From positions 18,324 to 82,323 of the forward strand of contig CAVTQM010000063.1 in the NCBI GenBank assembly GCA_963736805.1: a DNA stretch of 64,000 nt. The letters run 5' to 3'. This DNA is from an uncultured Chloroflexia bacterium. Its GTDB lineage: Bacteria > Chloroflexota > Anaerolineae > Anaerolineales > UBA4823. The position numbers and the translations under genes are program-made. The notes beneath the pieces were generated by a model. It was not told where the DNA came from and ran no database searches. It saw only the letters and a list, made by a program, of their open reading frames with translations. Shown here in pieces: positions 9,144 through 16,297 of this stretch (the stretch's first letter is position 1; every line of letters begins with the position of its first letter).

Positions 9144-9563
9144 ATGGGACGCACACTTCCATCTGTTACGCAAGTTTTTCTGAAAGAGCAGGAGTTTTTC
9201 CTGCGTTTCCGGCGTGCCCTGCGGCGCAGCGACCAGAAAGCACTGGACGACCTCTTCGCCGCGGCCCACAAGCACCTGGCTGCCGCAGCTTATGCCGCAC
9301 ATGCCCTGCCTTTCGAGGTCTTCCTGCTTTCGATGCTGCTGGAGGAACACAAGCAGGTGCTGCGCATGCGTTACCTGCTGAACCCCAGCGATGCGGCCGC
9401 CCTGGAGCAGCTGGAGCAGGGCGATTCCACGGCCTACCTTGATTCGCTCGCCGCAGAGGTGGAAGGGGGTGACCCTGCCCCACTTCGCACGCCTCTGAGG
9501 AGACGCAGCACCGGCCTCACCTCCTGGCCGGGTGGAGGCAGAGCCCCCGGCCTCGCCTCCTGA
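9144..9563 (+). CDS. Hypothetical small Ala/Leu-rich (predicted helical) protein with a Pro/Gly/Arg-rich tail
   Basis: 139-aa ORF with AAGGAGG 6 nt upstream. It lies 11 nt after the previous stop and 14 nt before the polymerase ATG. I recognise no family. Confidence 0.5.
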   Translation: MGRTLPSVTQVFLKEQEFFLRFRRALRRSDQKALDDLFAAAHKHLAAAAYAAHALPFEVFLLSMLLEEHKQVLRMRYLLNPSDAAALEQLEQGDSTAYLDSLAAEVEGGDPAPLRTPLRRRSTGLTSWPGGGRAPGLAS

Positions 9564-9577
9564 CCTGCTCAACTTGC

Positions 9578-11852
9578 ATGGCTGAACTCAAAGGCTGGCT
9601 GCTGGACCTGTTTGCTGATACGCACAGTGGGATTGTGCTCTGGCTGGTGGGTGAGGATGGGCAGCGCCATCGCCTGATTCAGGATTTCCCCATCACCTTT
9701 TATGCGGCTGGCGAGTCAAAACGCTTGCGGCAATTGTGGCGCTTCCTGCAGTCTCAGCCGGAGAAGGTGGAGCTGAAGCGCACCACGCGGCAGGATATCT
9801 TCTCATCCCAACCTGTGGAGGTACTGGAAGCCCGGTTGGACCAAACGGCAGCTCAGCCTAATCTTTTCCAACGTGTCGCCCGCGAATTCCCCGAGCTGCC
9901 TTATTACGACGCTGACTTGCCCATCACCACGCGCCATTCTGCCCTTTACAATACCTTTCCACTGGCACACTGCCAGGTGGAAGCAGATGAACGGGGTGCC
10001 GTGCAGGCACTGGAAGTGTTGGATACGCCCTGGGAGCTGGACCCCCCACCACCCCCTCTGCGCCTGTTGGCGATCGAGCCAGATGTTGACCCGGCACACG
10101 CAGATCCGCAGGCCCTGTACGTGCGCTCCATGAGCGTTTCCTACCGATTCAGCCTGGAACACCCCCGCCCGCTGCTGGTCAACCTGCGCGCAATTCTCCA
10201 GCGCCAGGACCCGGATGTGCTGATGACTGCCTGGGGCGACACCTGGCTGCTGCCTTACCTGATCGACCTGGCTGAAAAGTGGCGCATCCCGCTGCCCTTG
10301 AACCGTGAGCCAGGTCGGGAGGTCATCCGCAAAGATGAGCGCAGCTACCAGGCTTATGGGCAGGTGATCTACCGTGGCAAGCAGGTGCACCTGTTTGGGC
10401 GCTGGCATATCGATGGTTGCAATGCAATGCTGTTCCATGAGTACGGTCTGGAGGGGGTGTATGAGCTGGCGCGCGTCACTGCCCTGGCCGGCCAGGTGGT
10501 GGCACGCGTTTCGCCCGGCAGCGGCATTTCTGCCATGCAAATGGTGACTGCACTACGCCTGGGGATCATGGTGCCCTGGCACAAGCAGCAAGCCGAACGC
10601 CCCAAAAGTGCCCTTGAGATGATGCAGGCTGACCAGGGAGGATTAGTCTACCAGCCCCTCATCGGCCTTCACCGCGATGTGGCGGAGGTGGACTTCATTT
10701 CGATGTACCCCAGCATCATGCGCCACTTTAATATCTCGCCCGAGACGGTGGCAGACCCGAATGCTAAAGGGAGGGACCAGTACGCCCGGCTGGAGCGGGT
10801 TTCGGAGCTGGGTTTGTGGATCGACCAGGATACCGTCCGGCCTGATCCCCCAAACGCTGGCTCCCCTGCTGGACAAACGCCTGGAGCTCAAGCTGCGTCT
10901 GGCAGAGTTGCCCGCCTGGGACCCACGTCGCCAGACTTACCAGGCTCAAGCTACAGCTCATAAATGGCTGCTGGTCACCTGCTTTGGCTACCTGGGTTAC
11001 AAGAACGCCCGCTTTGGGCGCATCGAAGCCCACGAGGCGGTCACTGCTTATGGGCGCGAGATGCTGCTGCGCGCCAAGGAGGCTGCTGAAGACCTGGGAT
11101 TCACCGTGCTGCACATGTATGTGGATGGCTTGTGGGTGAAAAAGAAGGGATTGGCGGATGTGCCGTCGTTCCAGCCGCTGCTGGAGGAGATCACCACCCG
11201 CACCGGTCTGCCGATTGCCCTGGATGGAATTTACCGCTGGGTGGCTTTCCTGCCCTCCCGCATGGATGAGCGCGTGCCGGTGCCCAACCGTTATTTTGGT
11301 GTCTTTCAGGATGGCAGCCTGAAGATGCGCGGCATTGAGACCCGCCGTCACGACACGCCAGCCTGGGTGGCTAATGCGCAAAAGGAGATCCTCGATATCC
11401 TGGTGCATACCTCCGATGTGGAGGACCGCTCCACCTACCTACCCCAGGTATTAAGATCACTGCGCAGGGCGTTGACCAGGCTGCGCACATCTGGGGTGCG
11501 TGTGGAAGACTTGTTGGTCTCGCAGACGTTAAGCCGCGAGTTATCGGAATACCGCACACCCTCACCAGCTGCCCGGGCGGCGGCACAGCTGGCTGCGCGG
11601 GGTAAGCACCTGCGCCCGGGGCAGCGGGTGCGCTTCGTATATACGCTGGGTGAGCCGGGTGTGCATGCCTGGGATTTGCCCCAGCAACCTGAGCTGCGCA
11701 GCATAGACCAGGAACGCTACCGGGTATTGTTATTCCGTGCTGCCGCCACCATCCTGCAGCCGTTTGGTGTGGAAGAGGATGACTTAAAAACCCGCGTGAT
11801 TTCAAATGCATTTGATGTAACCTTTTTTGCACCGATGTATCTAAATAGTTGA
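9578..11852 (+). CDS. Family B DNA polymerase (archaeal/Pol II-like architecture) with degenerate exonuclease motifs; one frame disruption near 10828-10840
   Basis: Two overlapping ORFs (9578..10963 and 10677..11852) join into one PolB. Motif A is EVDFISMYPSIM. GLIPQTLAPLLDKRLELK follows after the frame switch. Motif B region is KWLLVTCFGYLGY and motif C region is VLHMYVDGLWV. Confidence 0.8.
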
Positions 11853-11906
11853 TGATTCAGGCAATCATTAAAAAAAAACGATCTGAGTGACAAAAAGGAG
11901 AAAATT

Positions 11907-12122
11907 ATGGGTTTCGCACGTTTCATGTCTTCATTAACTGGCCGTCTGCTCCGCATCGTGGCGGGGATTGTACTCGCCGCCCTTGGTCTGGTTGTTGTGC
12001 ACGGAACAGGTGGAATTATCCTGGCAATTATTGGTCTTGTAGTTTTAGCAGCCGGCTTGTTTAACTTTTGTATTTTTGCGCCTATATTTGGTGGACCTTT
12101 CTTGGCCAAAAATATTAAATAA
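11907..12122 (+). CDS. DUF2892 (YgaP-like) small membrane protein
   Basis: 71-aa ORF with GGAG upstream and two hydrophobic helices (LRIVAGIVLAALGLVVV, IILAIIGLVVLAAGLFNFC). Confidence 0.65.
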   Translation: MGFARFMSSLTGRLLRIVAGIVLAALGLVVVHGTGGIILAIIGLVVLAAGLFNFCIFAPIFGGPFLAKNIK

Positions 12123-12211
12123 TATTAATGCATTTTTCCATGCGATTGGTCCATTCTGTCCATCTAAAATGGATAATTAGGTTAAAATAGCATATCTTGA
12201 AGGAGGCATAT

Positions 12212-12982
12212 ATGAAACTATATGTTGGTCAGTCAGCTCCCGATTTTACCCTTCCATCCCACTTGGATAAGGATGTCAGGCTCAGCGATTACCTGGGGAA
12301 AAATGTCGTACTGGTGTTCTTTCCAAAGGCCTGGACGCCCATCTGAACAGGCCAGATCCCGTCGTACGAAGCCGATACGGGTAAGTTCGCGGGATTGGAT
12401 GCCCAGGTCCTGGGCGTAAGCATTGATCACGTTCCCTGCCTGAAAGCATGGGCAGAATCTATGGGGGGATTAATTACCCCCTGATGAGTGATTTCTGGCC
12501 ACATGGCAGGGTGGCAAACTTGTATGATGTGTTCACGAGAGAAGGAAGGGGATTCTGAGCGGGCTATCTTCGTCATTGATAAACGCGGTTATATCCGCTA
12601 TATCGATATCCATGATATCGATCATCAGCCGGATAATGATGTTGTGCTGGAAGTGCTTCGTCGGGTCGACCCCGAAGCAGCATTGCGCAGCCCGGCACCA
12701 CCTCCCATTAATCCGGATGAGATCCGCTTGCCGCATGGGGGCGTGGTGATGTACTGCACCCGCTGGTGCCCTGGTTGCCGGCGAGCGCGTGCTTGGCTTC
12801 AGGCAAATAAGGTCGAATACATTGAGGTGGATATCGATGTCACCCCGGGTGCTGCCGACCAGGTGAAGAAGTGGGCTAATGGCACCCGCACAACCCCAAC
12901 CTTCGATATCGAAGGGACCATCCTGGTGGGCTATGACGAGAAAAAGGTCGAACAGGCCATCAAGGAAAAAATAACCAGGTGA
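12212..12982 (+). CDS. AhpE/Bcp-like peroxiredoxin fused to a CxxC glutaredoxin/mycoredoxin-like domain; in-frame TGA (12344-12346) at the peroxidatic Cys position; two compensating indels at G-runs
   Basis: AGGAGG at 12201-12206. Reads MKLYVGQSAPDFTLP...VVLVFFPKAWTPI-TGA-TGQIPSYE. The frame leaves at G6 (12463-12468) and returns at G4 (12548-12551), and the intermediate frame reads GINYPLMSDFWPHGRVANLYDVFTREGRG. The C-terminal part reads VMYCTRWCPGCRRARAWL...TTPTFDIEG. Confidence 0.75.
12358..12381 (+). other. Stem-loop starting 11 nt 3' of the in-frame UGA (SECIS-like position)
   Basis: CCCGU (12358-12362) pairs with ACGGG (12377-12381). An inner CG/CG pair extends the stem, with an AU bulge and an 8-nt loop UACGAAGC. 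Confidence 0.35.
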
Positions 12983-12990
12983 GTAAACAG

Positions 12991-13025
12991 CCCGGAAGTT
13001 GAATACTTCCGGGTTGATTGTTTAT
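12991..13025 (+). terminator. Rho-independent terminator after the peroxiredoxin gene
   Basis: 9-bp stem CCCGGAAGT/ACTTCCGGG (12991-13013) followed by the T-rich stretch TTGATTGTTT. Confidence 0.7.
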
Positions 13026-13039
13026 AGGGAAGAGTCTAT

Positions 13040-13440
13040 ATGGCGATTGAATTTGTTATATCAGCATTGATTCCCGCTACTCCGCAGGAAGTTTATAGCA
13101 GCCTGGTTGAGTTCGGAAGGCCATTCCCAGATGACAGGTGGGTCAGCATCCATAAATTCGGATTGGGGAGGCGAATTTGAAGCCTGGAATGGTTATATCC
13201 ATGGGAAGAATCTTGAGCTGGAACCTGGCAAACGCATTGTTCAATCCTGGCGGACGTCAGAATTCAATGCGGATGAGCCAGACTCGCGTATAGAAATAAC
13301 CTTGGAAGCAGTCGGTGATCATGACGAAGCTCACATTACTGCACACGGATCTTCCACTGCATGGAATGCAGTATGAGCAGGGCTGGCTGGAGAATTACTT
13401 TGAGCCGATGATAGTATATTTTTCAGGTTCTACTGCCTGA
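13040..13440 (+). CDS. SRPBCC-superfamily (Aha1/AHSA1-like) protein; two frame disruptions
   Basis: MAIEFVISALIPATPQEVYSS in frame 2, then SEGHSQMTGGSASINSDWGGEFEAWNGYIHGKNLELEPGKRIVQSWR in frame 0, then LLHTDLPLHGMQYEQGWLENYFEPM in frame 1. Confidence 0.65.
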
Positions 13441-13463
13441 CTTGCGGATACCTGGGAACCTGG

Positions 13464-14636
13464 CTATACCGATTTTTTTGACTCCGCCCGGGCAGCATCA
13501 ACCCCTACGTTTGGGTTGAATTTATAACCACATCCAGCCAGGGCGCTTTCAATAGCGCTGACGGTTACCAGGATATCCGATAGGTTGGCAGCCCCCATGT
13601 GACCGATTCGGAAGTACTCTGCACGGATGGCGGGGTGCAACCCACCTGCCAGGGTCACGCCTGCCTTTGAAACACCTGCCAGAAAGTCAGTTCCATTGAC
13701 CCCTTGTGGATAGCGTGGGGCGGTCAGGGTATGGGCAGCAAACTCGGGCTTGAGCGGCACCTGGCCTAATCCAAGCGCCTGCATACCTGCCTTGCACGCC
13801 CGGCTGATGGCGATGTGGCGGGCAATACGCTTTGGCATACCCTCTGCCAGAATTTGCCCGAGGCTCACATTCAAGGCAACGATCAAATTAACCGGTGGGG
13901 TGCCGAAGTAACCCGCCTTTCGGGCTTCGTAAGCCTGCATGATGGGCAGCCAATTCGTCCAATCTGCATAATAGTTGAGCACAGGCGTGGTCCTGTTTTG
14001 GAATTTTTGCATGGCTCGTGATCCGATCATCAGCAAGGCTAACCCCGGGGGAACTCCAATTGCCTTCTGAGAAGCGGTGAGAGTCAGGTCAACCCCCCAG
14101 GCGTCCATGGGCAGTTCTTCCCCAGCCACCGAACAAACCCCATCCACAATGACCAGCACCCCATACTGCTTTCCAAGAGCAGTGATCTGCTGCACATCTG
14201 CCATAACCGCAGTCGATGTATCCACGTGGGTGATGGTCATAAGCTTATAGGAATCAGATTCCAGGGCTGATTTTACCTGTTCCAAACCCGGGCGATCACC
14301 TGGAGGTGCTGATACAAGCGTCACCTGGGCACCATAACGCTCAAGGATGGCGGCAAAGCGTTCGGAAAAGTAGCCGGTGTTGATCACCAGGGCTTTATCC
14401 CCGGGCTCCACCAGGTTGGCTCCGGCGCAGTCCATTGCCAGGGTACCTGAACCTGCCAGTACCAGCGGCTGGCCGGACGGGCTTTCGAACACCCGGCGTA
14501 ATTGTTCCAGGGCTTGCCCAAAAGTTTCGATAAAGTCAGGTGCCACGTGGCTGGTGGTGGGTTCTCCCATGGCAGACAGCACAGCCGGCTCGAATTCGAT
14601 GGGACCTGGGATCATGAGCAGGGTTCGTTTTTTCAT
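13464..14636 (-). CDS. Class V PLP-dependent aminotransferase (serine-pyruvate / alanine-glyoxylate aminotransferase family)
   Basis: Start moved to ATG 14636 (MKKRTLLMIPGPIEFEP). PLP-lysine context TASQKAIGVPPGL. Intact ~390 aa. Confidence 0.8.
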   Translation of the reverse strand: MKKRTLLMIPGPIEFEPAVLSAMGEPTTSHVAPDFIETFGQALEQLRRVFESPSGQPLVLAGSGTLAMDCAGANLVEPGDKALVINTGYFSERFAAILERYGAQVTLVSAPPGDRPGLEQVKSALESDSYKLMTITHVDTSTAVMADVQQITALGKQYGVLVIVDGVCSVAGEELPMDAWGVDLTLTASQKAIGVPPGLALLMIGSRAMQKFQNRTTPVLNYYADWTNWLPIMQAYEARKAGYFGTPPVNLIVALNVSLGQILAEGMPKRIARHIAISRACKAGMQALGLGQVPLKPEFAAHTLTAPRYPQGVNGTDFLAGVSKAGVTLAGGLHPAIRAEYFRIGHMGAANLSDILVTVSAIESALAGCGYKFNPNVGVDAARAESKKSV

Positions 14637-14652
14637 AAATAATCTCCGTCTA

Positions 14653-15051
14653 TCAGTGAATAGCTGGATCTTCGATAATAACAACACTCCCATCAATCTG
14701 CACCAGGCTGCCAGAGAGGATTTCTTGGATGGGTAACTGGTCCACACACGGGATTTCGGCAATAATACAGCCCACCGCAATAATGGTCTCGCATTCCGCG
14801 TTGAGGATGGCAAGTGGAGCGTGTCCGTTCATCTTCAGGCGGTAAAGCGTATAAGAGCCCACTGTGGAACCTTTCCCGGTGGGGAAGACCAGCACCTTCC
14901 CGGCGATACACTGGCCTTCCAGGGGATGCCCCCGCTCAACCACGATACCTGTCTCGGGGTCTACGCCACCGAAGAAGGAGATGGGTTGAGATGTAACCAA
15001 GGCTTCACCCTGGGCATTGCCCTGAAAAATGCTGCGCCCATGGAGTATCAC
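14653..15051 (-). CDS. Aconitase X swivel-domain subunit (DUF126, AcnX small subunit)
   Basis: 132 aa: GEALVTSQPISFFGGVDPETGIV...GKVLVFPTGKGSTVGSYTLYRL. Its ATG overlaps the stop of the large subunit (ATGA). Confidence 0.8.
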   Translation of the reverse strand: MILHGRSIFQGNAQGEALVTSQPISFFGGVDPETGIVVERGHPLEGQCIAGKVLVFPTGKGSTVGSYTLYRLKMNGHAPLAILNAECETIIAVGCIIAEIPCVDQLPIQEILSGSLVQIDGSVVIIEDPAIH

Positions 15052-16243
15052 TGTAATGCCAGCCTGACTACTTCATCGAAGGGGAGAAGCAGCGTCTTGA
15101 ATTTGTTCTTGGCGGAGGCATAATAACAGGCTTTGGCGCTGTCCGTTGCCATGGCGGTGAAGCGACCCTGGATGGGAGCGACAACGCAGCAGGTATCTGC
15201 GGCAAATTTTGCGCCGGCAGCCTCGATAATGTGGGTATAACCGAGCTGGTCCGCAATCTGCCTGGTGGCACGTGCAGTGGTAATCCAGAACTCTTTTTTC
15301 ACCTGCCGGCCATCCAACAGGCGCGCGATCTGCTCAATCTCATGAATGCTCAGGTGTGGGCAGCCCAGGCTGACGAAATCCACTTCCGCTGCGCTGGCAT
15401 CGTTGAGAGATTGCATGGCAACCTCAAGCTCTGGCTGGGTGACCTCGACCTGATCCAGTCGGGGCCGTGAAGGATGATGCTTCGGGTGTGACGCCCTGCA
15501 TGTGGAACAGCGCAGCTCCACCGTAAGTTGCCAGGCTGGCGCACAAGGATTTGAGGTTTTCCAATGTGGCAGATTGAATCCCCGTAATGTAGGCGATGGC
15601 TTTGGAAGCCTGGATGTGTTCTCCAATCAGCTTACCCAGCCCACCGAATTCACTGGTTTCTTTCAGGCAGGGATTGACCTGGAAGGTCAGTGTTGGGCGC
15701 CTATTTTCAGCCAGGTGATAGCCATATTCGGGGGTAAGTCCGGTGAGGGCTGATGCCAGGGCGGACGGTCCACCTTCACGGTTGGTACGGGCACCCAGAA
15801 CTGAGTTCGCGTAGCACACCGCCGAACTTTCCGACCAGGCAATGTGCTCACCAAATAGAGGTAGATTACCGATGAGATATGGGGTACAGGTGCAAGTGGT
15901 GGATCATTCCCATCCTTGAATAGGCATCCAAAACACGCTCCTGTTTCTCTGCAAAATCCGGTTGGATGCCCAGGCTGCGCCAGTTTTCGATGTCCATCCC
16001 GGCAGGGTTGAGGGTGGTTTGCACACGCACTTTACCGCCTCCGTCAGCCATCTCAGAAAGGAACTGTAGCCCGGCCTCCCCCAGGTTGTCATAACTCACC
16101 CCGGCGATCTGGACTGAACTGACTGGGATCATACGCTCAGCACCATAAATCTCGCCCAGGGCAACCAGGATTTGCATGGCTTTCCGGGTCGCTCGGCCTT
16201 GAGAGCCATCAAGCATTGCGTTTTGTTCAGGAGTAAGCAGCAT
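15048..16243 (-). CDS. Aconitase X catalytic subunit (DUF521, AcnX large subunit); two frame disruptions
   Basis: Three collinear ORF fragments (15866..16243, 15424..15819, 15048..15626). They read MLLTPEQNAMLDGSQG...VSSVQIAGVSY, then CYANSVLGARTNREGGPSAL, then VDFVSLGCPHLS...CCVVAPI. Confidence 0.75.
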
Positions 16244-16297
16244 GTTCCCTTTTCCAAGGAAATTGTAGATATAGAAAGCCGATGATAATAATAATCA

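Noticed and set aside
8495-11832. Long antisense and overlapping ORFs in the GC-rich cassette (8495-8824, 8831-9271, 9129-9572, 9166-9483, 9803-10540, 10764-11408, 11371-11832).
   Set aside because: Their products are Arg/Pro/Ala/Gly-rich and low-complexity, and they lie opposite clearly homologous sense-strand genes. These are the shadow ORFs expected in high-GC DNA.
11853-11890. Hairpin ATGATT-CAGGC-AATCAT followed by an A9 run just after the polymerase stop.
   Set aside because: The run is A rather than T on the coding strand, and on the opposite strand the T-run precedes the stem. It does not fit an intrinsic terminator in either orientation.
11717-12109. 130-aa minus-strand ORF opposite the DUF2892 gene.
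   Set aside because: It fully overlaps a plus-strand gene that has a good ribosome-binding site and a recognisable family. Its own product is low-complexity and basic.
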